DNA of 64,000 nt from Candidatus Rifleibacteriota bacterium. Lineage in GTDB: Bacteria; Muiribacteriota; Ozemobacteria; Ozemobacterales; Ozemobacteraceae. The stretch's first letter is position 1, and every line of letters starts with the position of its first letter. Made by a program: the position numbers and the translations under genes. Below are positions 55,744-64,000 of the stretch, piece after piece. Location: contig JAAYNI010000046.1 of assembly GCA_012520995.1 (NCBI GenBank), positions 42,650-106,649 of the forward strand. Reading direction: 5' to 3'. The notes under the pieces are model-generated. The model did not search any database. It had not been told where the DNA came from and saw only the letters and a list, made by a program, of their open reading frames with translations.

Positions 55744-58365
55744 ATGAAAAGAAAAATTTTTATTCTGCTTCTTTTGCTTTTGATATTGCCCCCCTTTTTT
55801 ACACCTTATAAAGCTCATGCAACATCAGAGCAAAATCCCGTAGAGATTATTGGCACATGGAATCTGATCAACAAAAAAGAATATCATGACACTGAAATTC
55901 TTCAGGTATTGCCTACTCGCGACGGAAAGATAAACACTCTTTCAATTGATCAAAATGGAACCTTTGTAAATACTCGTTACGAAGAAAGTCGCCTTAACTT
56001 TAACAAACAAGGGCAAAAACTCCCTCAATACGAAATGAAAGATGGGGGCACAACTAGAACAGTAAATTCTTGGACTTGCAGCGGCAACCTTTTGAAATTG
56101 AAAAACCGAGGCGACTGGTATTATGAACTAAAAGACAATAATCTCTGGCTGAAAGATCGTGCTGAAAATGCAAGAGTAATACGTGTGTTCAGCAAAACAA
56201 AACAACCTTCGCCATTGCCTGGCGATCTTCTTCTGGGAACATGGCATATGACTCAGCTGAAAGAGTATCATGATTCTGAACCTCTTCAGGTATGGCCTAA
56301 CCAAGCAGGAGAAACAAACACTCTGCAAATAAATAAAGACGGAACTCATACTACCATAAACTATCAAAAAGAGCGTCTTAATTTTGAGCGACATGGTTAT
56401 AACTTGCCACAATATGAAATAAAAACTGGAGATACAGTAACCCAAAAAGAAGGTCACTGCAAAGCTTACAATAACTCTGTCTTGTGGCTGGAAGGACAAG
56501 ATGCTTGGGCATACAAACTTAAAAACGACAATCAGGAATTGTGGCTCCAAGATCGTGCCGACAAACCAAATACAATATATGTTTACTCTAAAACTCCGCC
56601 GAAAAGCACCTTACCCTCTACGGAGCTTATAGGCACTTGGCATATAATCAAACAAAAAGAGTATCATGATTCTGAACCTCTTCAGGTATGGCCTAACCAA
56701 TCAGAAAAAACTCATACTCTGGTAATCAATAAAGACGGAACCCACTCAAGAACTGATTATGAACAATATCGTCTCAATTTCAACAACTATGGTCATGAGT
56801 TGTCACAATATCAAATAAAGGATGGAGGCACAGCAGTCCAAAAAGAAGGCTACGCTAAATCCTATTATGACAATGTTTTATGGCTGGAAGGCAAAGACAA
56901 CTGCACATACGAATTAAAAAACGACAATCAGGAGTTGTGGCTGAAAAACCGTGTCAAAGATGCCAATACAATATATATTTACAGCAAGAAGTCGCCACAA
57001 AACACCTTGCCGACTGCTGATTTGACAGGCACTTGGCACATGATTCAGCTTAAAGAGTATCATGATTCTGAACCCTTCAAGATATGGCCTACCGAAGACG
57101 GAAAAAACAACACTCTAATTATTAATAAAGACGGAACTCATACTACCATAAACTATCAAAAAGAGCGTCTTAATCTCAGCCGCTACGGTTATGAGCAATT
57201 ACAATACCAAATAAAGAATGAAGTCTCAGAAAAGAAGGAAGGATACGCTAAATCTTATTACGGCGATGTTTTGCGATTAGAGAATCAGGAAGACTGGTAT
57301 TACGAACTTAAAGGCAACGAATTATACCTTAAGAATCGCCTTAAAGATGCCAATACAATACGTATTTACAGCAAAACTCCTCCACAAAGCCCTTTACCGC
57401 AAGCATCTCTCATTGGCACATGGAATATCTATAAGATAAAATGGCATGACAGCGATCTGCATAGGGTAACACCACACGAAGATGGAAATAGAGACAGCAT
57501 AACTATTGATGCAAAAGGAACCCACTCAAGCGCTACTTATAACCACAGCCGCCGCCAATTTGCAAACGAAGAAAAAACATATACAACACACGGCGATCCG
57601 AAAAAACGCTCAGGTTTCTGCAGATCATATTTTGGAAATGTTCTAATACTTGAAAATATGGGAACCTTCAGTTATGAAGTTAATGACAATGAACTGAGCC
57701 TTAAGGATCTCCCAACAGACCCTCGAAGCATTGACCTTTACAAAAAAGTTTCTTCACCGAAAACCCCAGCAGAGGGCACAGCCGTTGCAACAAAACCTGT
57801 CACCTCTGACACAAAAGTTTCAGGAGCAACTCAAGAAGCAAAGACTGGAGCTACCAGCACAAAAACTTCAGGAACAACCCAAGGAACAAAGACTGAAACT
57901 GCTGGCACAAAAACTTCAGGAACAACTCAAGAAGCAAAGACCGGAGCTACTGGCAAAAAAACTACAGATTCAGCTCAAGAAGCAAAAACTGGAGCTGCCG
58001 GCACAAAAACTACAGGTTCAACCCAAGAAACAAAGACTGGAACTACTGGCACAAAAGCTTCGGGAACAACCCAAGGAACAAAGACGACCTCGCCCACACA
58101 AAAGACGCAAACATACGATGAAGCATATGACACAGATATACCGCCTTTTCCTGCAAATCTGCCTGTTCCAACAGAAGAAGATGACTATGAATTTATGCAG
58201 GTTTATCTAGATTACGTAACAACGCATAAAGAATACACAATTCTTAAAGCTTCAGCTAAAGAACTCGGCGTCCGCATACCTCCAGGCAAACTTGAACAAG
58301 CGCTGGACGCTTATCGGAAGGCATATAACAGATATAAAAATATGGCTCTCACCAGGAAGAAGTGA
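55744..58365 (+). CDS. Large secreted protein: 5 tandem ~130-aa GTW-motif domains + Thr/Gly/Lys-rich 13-aa repeats + conserved C-terminal YRKAYNxY motif
   Basis: AGAGGA ribosome-binding site; signal peptide. Five repeats each begin L(I/L/T)GTW(N/H)...KEYHDSEPLQVWP, then TSGTTQEAKTGAT-type repeats, then a C-terminal ...QALDAYRKAYNRYKNMAL. Confidence 0.7.
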   Translation: MKRKIFILLLLLLILPPFFTPYKAHATSEQNPVEIIGTWNLINKKEYHDTEILQVLPTRDGKINTLSIDQNGTFVNTRYEESRLNFNKQGQKLPQYEMKDGGTTRTVNSWTCSGNLLKLKNRGDWYYELKDNNLWLKDRAENARVIRVFSKTKQPSPLPGDLLLGTWHMTQLKEYHDSEPLQVWPNQAGETNTLQINKDGTHTTINYQKERLNFERHGYNLPQYEIKTGDTVTQKEGHCKAYNNSVLWLEGQDAWAYKLKNDNQELWLQDRADKPNTIYVYSKTPPKSTLPSTELIGTWHIIKQKEYHDSEPLQVWPNQSEKTHTLVINKDGTHSRTDYEQYRLNFNNYGHELSQYQIKDGGTAVQKEGYAKSYYDNVLWLEGKDNCTYELKNDNQELWLKNRVKDANTIYIYSKKSPQNTLPTADLTGTWHMIQLKEYHDSEPFKIWPTEDGKNNTLIINKDGTHTTINYQKERLNLSRYGYEQLQYQIKNEVSEKKEGYAKSYYGDVLRLENQEDWYYELKGNELYLKNRLKDANTIRIYSKTPPQSPLPQASLIGTWNIYKIKWHDSDLHRVTPHEDGNRDSITIDAKGTHSSATYNHSRRQFANEEKTYTTHGDPKKRSGFCRSYFGNVLILENMGTFSYEVNDNELSLKDLPTDPRSIDLYKKVSSPKTPAEGTAVATKPVTSDTKVSGATQEAKTGATSTKTSGTTQGTKTETAGTKTSGTTQEAKTGATGKKTTDSAQEAKTGAAGTKTTGSTQETKTGTTGTKASGTTQGTKTTSPTQKTQTYDEAYDTDIPPFPANLPVPTEEDDYEFMQVYLDYVTTHKEYTILKASAKELGVRIPPGKLEQALDAYRKAYNRYKNMALTRKK
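55846..57790 (+). repeat. Five in-frame tandem coding repeats, period about 384-396 nt
   Basis: The GTW codon triplets recur at 55852, 56236, 56632, 57028 and 57415. Repeats 2-4 share long near-identical DNA stretches, for example aaagagtatcatgattctgaacctcttcaggtatggcctaaccaa. Confidence 0.8.
57780..58110 (+). repeat. About 39-nt (13-aa) tandem repeats encoding a Thr/Gly/Lys-rich linker
   Basis: Repeating acaaaaacttcaggaacaac(c/t)caag(g/a)a(a/g)caaagac(t/c)gga... units, about 7-8 copies. Confidence 0.75.
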
Positions 58366-58409
58366 TGTATGCGGAAAACTGATGCAATATAGAATATAGA
58401 GTATAAAAA

Positions 58410-58445
58410 AACATCGCAGTTATTAAACTGCGATGTTTTTTTATT
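58410..58445. terminator. Bidirectional rho-independent terminator between convergent genes
   Basis: aaaaaaacatcgcagt-tattaa-actgcgatgttttttt: an 11-bp stem flanked by an A-run on one side and a T-run on the other. Confidence 0.65.
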
Positions 58446-58533
58446 CTGTTATTTGATTATCAAAAGAATTCAAGGCGATTTTTCTATCCAAGCAAGGGAG
58501 TTAGGCCTTATGCACTAATCCATACGCCCTAAA

Positions 58534-60516
58534 TTAGTATGTATTTAAATGAACTTTTGAAGGATCATATTTCTCTTTGGGTTTTTCGCCGCCTAGAGGA
58601 TAACCAATGGGAATCACGCATAGAGGAACAACATTCTCAGGCAGATTCAAGATCTTTTGCAAGTTAGCAGTGCGTTCATCTGAAGGATAAACTGAATTCC
58701 AGACAGCTCCGAGTGAATAACTCTCAGCCGTAAGCAAGATATTCTGAGCTGCTATAGCACAGTCCAGCATCCAGAAAGGAAGAGTATTTCCTTCTTCGGC
58801 TATTTTCAAGTCTCCGCAGACTACTATGGCTCCGCCTGCCGTATTCATAGTTATAGGTCTTATAATACCTTCAAGAGAGTGCAAATGCGAATGTTCTATA
58901 ATAACAAAACGCCAAGGCTTTACATTCATAGCAGTAGGAGCCGCCGATCCTGCTTTTACCAATGCGTAAAGCACATCAGTAGAGACAGGCAGGCCTTTAA
59001 ACTCTCTAACGCTCTTTCTGGCAAAAATATTTTTAGTAACTTCGTTTGATAGGGTTATTTTTTCAGTAACAGTTTGTGATTGATTCAAAATCGGCTGATT
59101 CAATGGCTGACTAGGTTCAATCGTCTTTGCAGCGCCTTTAGTCTCAATTAGAGGCATTGTTTGTTGCACCCCGGTTTCGTAATCTTTAGGCAAATATAAA
59201 ATCACAACGACAATCGCTATGACAAAAATAATGTTGAAAATATCAGAAACACTCATTCGTTTCTCTCCAGAATCCCCTTCCTGTTTTTTATATCTGCACT
59301 TCTCTAGAGCCTCGCCCAATGGACAAATATAATTGCACCAAGGCCGTGGCACAAACAAAGCAAGCAAGAGCACCACAAGTACTATTACCTTGACCGATCG
59401 AGCTGTAGTTCCTATATAAAATATGGAAAATGGCTCAACTTCACTTAAGTTTAACCTAAATCCTAATAAAAAGTAACATAATAGTAATATAAAAATCGAA
59501 ATACGCAAGTGTTTAAAGTATTTTAAGTATTTATGTTTAATTTTGTATTCTTTTGATACACATTTGTTAGATAATTCTTGCAAGGCTCCAAAAGGGCAAT
59601 ACCAAACACAATAGAAGTTTCTATTGAAAACAAGAGGAATAAAAAAAGCACAGAAGGCTAAGATTATCAAAAAAAGATCTTTCTTTAAGCTTATGCCATT
59701 TACAAGTGCAGAATAAAGCATATCTGCCGACAAAAGACTTGGAAATATAACACCTGGTATAAGCACAGCTAAAAACAGCCAAAACTTACGATATTTAGCC
59801 AAAGAGCCCACATTGAAACAAGCTGCAAGGGCTAAAAGCAAAAATATGGAAAGCGCCGAGTATTTGCGACGGTTTTGTTTGCTTTGCTGTATTTCTTTTG
59901 CAACAATATTTTCATAATTTGAAATTGTCCTATTCAGACTCTGTATCATACAAGAGCTGCTTCTTGTAGCCCTTGTTATTGTGTCAGGAGCAAAAGTAGC
60001 CGCTTCTTTTGTATGTTTGCCTCTATAGGCCTTTAAAAGGCCAGCGTCTTCTATTCTTTTCATAAAGCTGGGAGTTTCTGAGTTTTTATGAACAAGAATA
60101 TCCAAAATCATGTTGTCCATATCCAGAATCACCGACATGGGAATATTAGAGGAAAATCCTATTAGATCTTGGCAAAGAGGCATAGTCTGCAAAACTCTGC
60201 CGATCTGATTGCCATTGGCATCCAAGATTGCCGCTTGAGCCTTGCCTTTTTCTTGTTCTATTATTTCGGCTAAGTTCAGTTTTGCAATTTGCTTTATATC
60301 ATTTATCTTGGGCAATTCAGGTATATAAGGTTTGACTATTGCCTTTTCTTTGAAGTCATGACCGAAAAAGCGTTTATCCTGATAAGAAATTATAGCCGCA
60401 AATAAAATAAATATTAATATAATGGGTAATTTAGCTTTGGTTTGTTCAATAAATTTATTCTTTGTCTTCACTGAGTTTTCTCCAAGATTTTCAAGGTTTT
60501 TCTTGATTAATTTCAT
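58534..60516 (-). CDS. Tripartite membrane redox protein: FMN-bind-like periplasmic domain + NapH/NosR-like 2x(CX3CP) polyferredoxin membrane domain + C-terminal nitroreductase domain
   Basis: N-terminal TM, then GFSSNIPMSVILDMDNMILDILVHKNSETPSFMKRI (FMN_bind-like). TM region with CVWYCPFGALQE and CNYICPLGEALE. C-terminal FARKSVREFKGLPV...APTAMNVKPWRFVIIE...LDCAIAAQNILLTAESYSLGAVW (nitroreductase fold). Confidence 0.6.
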   Translation of the reverse strand: MKLIKKNLENLGENSVKTKNKFIEQTKAKLPIILIFILFAAIISYQDKRFFGHDFKEKAIVKPYIPELPKINDIKQIAKLNLAEIIEQEKGKAQAAILDANGNQIGRVLQTMPLCQDLIGFSSNIPMSVILDMDNMILDILVHKNSETPSFMKRIEDAGLLKAYRGKHTKEAATFAPDTITRATRSSSCMIQSLNRTISNYENIVAKEIQQSKQNRRKYSALSIFLLLALAACFNVGSLAKYRKFWLFLAVLIPGVIFPSLLSADMLYSALVNGISLKKDLFLIILAFCAFFIPLVFNRNFYCVWYCPFGALQELSNKCVSKEYKIKHKYLKYFKHLRISIFILLLCYFLLGFRLNLSEVEPFSIFYIGTTARSVKVIVLVVLLLALFVPRPWCNYICPLGEALEKCRYKKQEGDSGEKRMSVSDIFNIIFVIAIVVVILYLPKDYETGVQQTMPLIETKGAAKTIEPSQPLNQPILNQSQTVTEKITLSNEVTKNIFARKSVREFKGLPVSTDVLYALVKAGSAAPTAMNVKPWRFVIIEHSHLHSLEGIIRPITMNTAGGAIVVCGDLKIAEEGNTLPFWMLDCAIAAQNILLTAESYSLGAVWNSVYPSDERTANLQKILNLPENVVPLCVIPIGYPLGGEKPKEKYDPSKVHLNTY

Positions 60517-60535
60517 GCTATCATGAACTCTGCAT

Positions 60536-61009
60536 ATGATTGAAATAGAAAGAAAATTTTTAACAAAAAATTCTGATTGGAAAAATTTAATTTCCTATTC
60601 CCAAAGTTTAAAACAAGCTTATTTGCTTTCGTCGAAGGAAATAACACTGCGAGTTCGCACAATAAATCAAAGCGAAGCTTTTCTAACCATAAAAGGCAAA
60701 AACTTAAATTCAGGTTTAAGCAGAGAAGAATTTGAATATTCCATTCCTTTCGCCGAAGCCGAAGAAATGATTAAAAGTTTTTGCAGAGGTAAGACAATAG
60801 CAAAAACACGCTATATTTGCTTTTTTGAGGGAAAAAGGTGGGAAATAGACGAGTTTGAAGGGGAACTGGCTGGCTTGACCATAGCAGAAATAGAACTTGA
60901 AAACGAAAACGAAATCTTTGCCAAACCTAATTGGATAGGAAAAGAAGTCACAGGCGACCCAGCTTACTATAATGCTGTCCTCTGGAAAAAAATCAATAAC
61001 AATGCCTAG
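60536..61009 (+). CDS. CYTH-domain protein (triphosphate tunnel metalloenzyme / CyaB-like)
   Basis: N-terminal EIERKFL signature plus the characteristic alternating acidic/basic beta-strand residues (RVR, KGK, EFE, EIDEFEGE, EIELE). Confidence 0.75.
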   Translation: MIEIERKFLTKNSDWKNLISYSQSLKQAYLLSSKEITLRVRTINQSEAFLTIKGKNLNSGLSREEFEYSIPFAEAEEMIKSFCRGKTIAKTRYICFFEGKRWEIDEFEGELAGLTIAEIELENENEIFAKPNWIGKEVTGDPAYYNAVLWKKINNNA

Positions 61010-61166
61010 TGCTTTGTAACATCTAAAAATTTCCTGTTAGCCTTTCAAAATTCACAAGACAATATCCACTTATAAGATCGCACCGTGATGAGTGGTGCGT
61101 GGCGAGTGACGAGTTGAATTGTTTAAAACGGCTTAAAAGGAAGTTGAAGCTGAAACGAAGCACTAG
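61006..61166. repeat. Copy B of the dispersed intergenic element, with inverted termini ctagtgct / agcactag embedding both convergent stop codons
   Basis: 5' block cctagtgctttgtaacatctaaaaat, core aagatcgcaccgtgatgagtgg...ggcgagtgacgagttgaatt, 3' end gaagcactag. The CYTH stop TAG sits at 61007-61009 and the rsmG stop (reverse-complement TAG) at 61163-61165. Confidence 0.55.
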
Positions 61167-61897
61167 CAGAGAGGTTTTGCGGCAGCAATTCCTGGACGTC
61201 TTGGATATTTTTTAGGCACACTTTTCATTCGCCGAGCTATAAAAAAGTTTCGCTCATATGGCAACTGCTCTGAAGAAAATCGCTTTATAGACATATTTTC
61301 CGGTGTTATCCCAAATATTTTCATAGAATTAACAGCTTCAGAAACTTCTTCATCGAGCTTTGGCCCCTTATAAAAAATTGCTTGTCCGCCTTTTTTTAAA
61401 AGAGGCATTGAAAACTCCAACAAAACACTCAATGAAGATAAAGCTCTTGAAACAACGATATCAAATTGCTCACGATACAGAAAATCTTGTCCGAAATCTT
61501 CAATTCTGCATTGCAATACTTCCAAGTTGTTCAAATTAAGCTTTTCTGCAATTTTAGAAACAAAGTCAGCTGATTTTTTCCTGGAATCTACTGCCATTAT
61601 TTTCGAATCCGGCAACATAATTGCCAAAGGCAAAGCTGGAAAACCGCCTCCTGTACCCAGATCTACAACTCGCTTCCCTTTCAAGGCTTCTTTCGAAAAA
61701 ACAAGAGGCAAAAGCGAATCCAAAACATGCTTCAAAGCGTATTCTTCTGGTTCAAATATAGTAGAAAAAGTCTTGTACATAGAATCCGAAAGCATTTCAA
61801 AACGCATTTTTTCCAAGGAATTAAATTCTTCCTGCGTAATCTGTAAATGCAAGAATTCCAAATATGGCTTTAAGGTTTCATAAAGAGCTGTTGTCAT
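61163..61897 (-). CDS. rsmG: 16S rRNA (guanine527-N7)-methyltransferase
   Basis: VVDLGTGGGFPALPLAIMLPDSKIMAVDSRKKSADF... The gene order mnmG then rsmG is conserved. Confidence 0.9.
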   Translation of the reverse strand: MTTALYETLKPYLEFLHLQITQEEFNSLEKMRFEMLSDSMYKTFSTIFEPEEYALKHVLDSLLPLVFSKEALKGKRVVDLGTGGGFPALPLAIMLPDSKIMAVDSRKKSADFVSKIAEKLNLNNLEVLQCRIEDFGQDFLYREQFDIVVSRALSSLSVLLEFSMPLLKKGGQAIFYKGPKLDEEVSEAVNSMKIFGITPENMSIKRFSSEQLPYERNFFIARRMKSVPKKYPRRPGIAAAKPLC

Positions 61898-61900
61898 GAT

Positions 61901-63763
61901 TCAAGCCTTTTTAAGAGAAATTAAGATGGTAGCCAAGTCTCCAGCTCTGACAGCAGAAATTCTGGAAAGCTCTTCAACATTGGATGGTCTCACAGCTTTT
62001 ATTTTAAGCTTTGCCTCTGTACTGAGAGCTTTAGGCATATTTTCATAGAATGAATCATCCAACTTTACCTCTTTCATGGAATCAAGAAGCTTAAATTCCT
62101 TGAGCTGCTGCACAAAATAACCTTCATATTTTATTAAGGTTTCCACCTCATTTTTTGCCAATTGAGGCAGCGAGGAGAATTCCGGAATATATTCTGTTAT
62201 ATCTTCAAAAGTGTATTGAGAAGATTTAAGAAGATCGGAAACAGAAACTCGCTTTTTACTCCCTGGATTAAAATCAGGAAAATCTTCGGATAGTTTTTCT
62301 AAAGGAATCTCTGTATTTTGGCAGGCATTCAAAGCTTCATGAGAATACTCAATTAAGGAAAGAATCTTTCCGTATTCTTCTTCAGTAAGCAAACCATAGC
62401 GAAAAGCAATCTCAGAAAGCCTATTTTCCGCATTAGACATTCTCAAGTTGAGCCTAAACGGAGAGCGTGAAGTAAAAACTCTGTAAGGCTCAATTATTTC
62501 CCTGGTAGTAATATCATTGATCATAAGACCAGTATAAGATTGTTCCGGCGGCATGATCAGCATTTGTTTTCCAAGAACAATAGCAGCCGCATTAAGCCCT
62601 GCCAATAGACCTTGAGCAGCGGCTTCCTCATAGCCCGATGTTCCGTTCACTTGCCCTGCCAAGAAGAGATTTGGCAAAGTTTTAGACATAAGAGTCGGAA
62701 AAAGATCTGCAGGATTAAAAATATCATATTCTATAGCATAACCGGGCCTAACAATCTCCGCTTTTTCAAGACCTTTTACGCTTCTTATAACTTCAGCTTG
62801 AACTTCTTCTGGCAGGCTGGTTGAAAGACCCTGTAAGTAAATTTCTGAGCTTTCAGAGCCTTCTGGTTCCAAAAAAACTTTGTGAGCCTGCTTATCAGGG
62901 AACTTCTTGAGCTTATCCTCAATCGAAGGACAATATCTGGCTCCCATTCCTGTAATTTTGCCAGAATACATTGCAGAACGTTCGAAGTTTTTGCTTATAA
63001 TTTCATGGGTGAGATCGTTTGTGTATGTTATATAACAAGGCTTAGACTTAAAAGGAGAAGTAAAAGATCTGTAAGAAAATGGCGGCACTTCAGCTTCGTC
63101 TTCTTGAAGCTGCAAACCTTCAACATTTACTTGTGAAGCGTTTATACGCGGCGGAGTACCCGTTTTGAATCTCATGGGTTGTAAACCTGCATTCACAAGC
63201 GATTCTGTAAGCTTAAGCGAAGGAGGTTCCCCTGCCCTGCCCGCAGGATAAGAAACATCGCCTATATGAATCATGCCGTTTAAGAAAGTTCCAGCAGCAA
63301 CAATGATAGCTCCGGCATACCAAGTCTCACCAGAAACGGCTCTCACTCCTACAGCTTTACCGCTTTCTCTAATCACTTCTGTAACTTTCATCTGCAAAAG
63401 GCGAAGATTGGGTTGCTTCAAAATTGCCTGCAACATTGCCGAACTATATGCTTTTTTGTCCGACTGAAATCTATTGGCTCTTACAGCCATGCCTTTTCTG
63501 GTATTAAGAGAACGTCTCTGCAAACTTGTTTCGTCTGCAATAATACCCATGATGCCGCCCATAGCATCAACTTCTCTAACCAGCTGAGCTTTGCCTTGTC
63601 CTCCGATACTCGGATTACATGGGAGATCTGCTACAGTATCCAAGTTAATCGTACATAATAATGTTGAGGCACCAGCTCTTGCGGCTGCCATAGCCGCTTC
63701 ACAACCAGCATGCCCCGCTCCGACCACTATAACGTCATAAGTATGATTCTGTTCTGTTTTCAT
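61901..63763 (-). CDS. mnmG: tRNA uridine 5-carboxymethylaminomethyl modification enzyme MnmG (GidA)
   Basis: FAD-binding YDVIVVGAGHAGCEAAMAAARAGASTLL, full-length 620 aa, MnmG C-terminal domain. Confidence 0.95.
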   Translation of the reverse strand: MKTEQNHTYDVIVVGAGHAGCEAAMAAARAGASTLLCTINLDTVADLPCNPSIGGQGKAQLVREVDAMGGIMGIIADETSLQRRSLNTRKGMAVRANRFQSDKKAYSSAMLQAILKQPNLRLLQMKVTEVIRESGKAVGVRAVSGETWYAGAIIVAAGTFLNGMIHIGDVSYPAGRAGEPPSLKLTESLVNAGLQPMRFKTGTPPRINASQVNVEGLQLQEDEAEVPPFSYRSFTSPFKSKPCYITYTNDLTHEIISKNFERSAMYSGKITGMGARYCPSIEDKLKKFPDKQAHKVFLEPEGSESSEIYLQGLSTSLPEEVQAEVIRSVKGLEKAEIVRPGYAIEYDIFNPADLFPTLMSKTLPNLFLAGQVNGTSGYEEAAAQGLLAGLNAAAIVLGKQMLIMPPEQSYTGLMINDITTREIIEPYRVFTSRSPFRLNLRMSNAENRLSEIAFRYGLLTEEEYGKILSLIEYSHEALNACQNTEIPLEKLSEDFPDFNPGSKKRVSVSDLLKSSQYTFEDITEYIPEFSSLPQLAKNEVETLIKYEGYFVQQLKEFKLLDSMKEVKLDDSFYENMPKALSTEAKLKIKAVRPSNVEELSRISAVRAGDLATILISLKKA

Positions 63764-63803
63764 GCTGCATAATTGTTTCTAATTGTTATATATAGAGTAA
63801 AGT

Positions 63804-64000
63804 TTAAAGTTTCTTTTTTGAAATCATGGACTTAACTGTGTCATTGGGATCATTAAGCATTTTTTTCGCAAGCTCTGAAAATTCAGGAGTATTTCGTCTG
63901 ACCAAAATTTTTGCAGCTGAAATTCTAACCGCATCATTTTTATGTTTTACAGCAACTTCTAAGAGATGCAGCTGATCTTCCCCCATAACAAACATCATGT
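63804..64000 (-). CDS. C-terminal end of a HEAT/PBS-lyase-like repeat protein (5' part outside the window)
   Basis: The ORF runs to within 2 nt of the window edge. ...HKNDAVRISAAKIL...NDPNDTVKSM resembles HEAT-like repeats. Confidence 0.3.
   Translation of the reverse strand, partial: MMFVMGEDQLHLLEVAVKHKNDAVRISAAKILVRRNTPEFSELAKKMLNDPNDTVKSMISKKKL

Noticed and set aside
57830-58090. Regularly spaced ~39-nt direct repeats (CRISPR-like spacing)
   Set aside because: The repeats are contiguous with no unique spacers, they are in frame within a long ORF encoding a Thr-rich linker, and no cas genes are nearby. This is a coding tandem repeat, not a CRISPR array.
57731-58210. 159-aa +strand ORF rich in Q/K/L repeats
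   Set aside because: It is an alternate reading frame of the 39-nt tandem repeats inside the 873-aa gene. Its repetitiveness derives from those DNA repeats, so it is not independent coding.

Overview
This window looks like a chromosomal segment from an AT-rich bacterium (GC roughly 40% by eye). Genes are tightly packed, several adjacent genes overlap by 4-8 nt, and GTG/TTG starts and AGGAG-type ribosome-binding sites are common. I recognised no rRNA, tRNA, CRISPR array, integrase or transposase.

Layout, in order along the window:
- **1-7 kb:** a flagellar export and C-ring operon on the + strand. It runs fliF (5'-truncated by the window edge), fliG, an extra FliG C-terminal-domain mini-protein, fliH, fliI, fliJ, a small unknown ORF and a YlxF/MgtE_N-like protein. 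It ends against a convergent holA.
- **8-29 kb:** mostly housekeeping and regulation. This includes an M18 aminopeptidase, a 5'-nucleotidase homologue with degenerate catalytic motifs, a GAF/HD-GYP c-di-GMP phosphodiesterase, prmA, rarA, a HIT protein, nadK, a NIF3-like protein and glmM. Interspersed are many TPR, zinc-ribbon and secreted proteins, a transglutaminase-like protein, and an orphan type-IV-pilin-like gene.
- **29.8-32.8 kb and 49.4-52.9 kb:** two unlinked operons of prepilin-type minor pilins. Each is followed by a large secreted protein; the first is an FG-GAP beta-propeller, a possible PilY1 analogue.
- **35-45 kb:** a three-gene 2-oxoacid:ferredoxin oxidoreductase (alpha, a divergent beta, gamma), followed by rsfS, rsmE, a MiaB-family methylthiotransferase, an orphan branched-chain amino-acid-type binding protein, a propeller protein and ligA.
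- **46.5-49.1 kb:** comEA-like plus comEC. The ComEC has no metallo-beta-lactamase C-terminal domain.
- **53.3-58.4 kb:** three independently punctuated secreted-protein genes. One is a Gly/Ala-rich glycine-zipper protein. Another is an 873-aa protein with five ~130-aa tandem domains and Thr-rich 39-nt repeats. These two share a conserved C-terminal motif.
- **58.5-61 kb:** an unusual three-part protein (FMN-bind-like N-terminus, NapH/NosR-like CX3CP membrane domain, nitroreductase C-terminus) lies divergent to a CYTH protein. rsmG and mnmG follow at 61.2-63.8 kb.

The most interesting regions are the secreted-protein locus at 53.3-58.4 kb with its promoter-terminator leader, the three-part redox fusion protein, and a dispersed family of intergenic elements built on ctagtgct...agcactag inverted termini and a gtgagtgacgagttgaatt core. 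Copies of that element sit at about 26.7, 27.5, 44.9, 49.1 and 61.0 kb. All domain calls are from motif recognition by eye and need HMM or BLAST confirmation.
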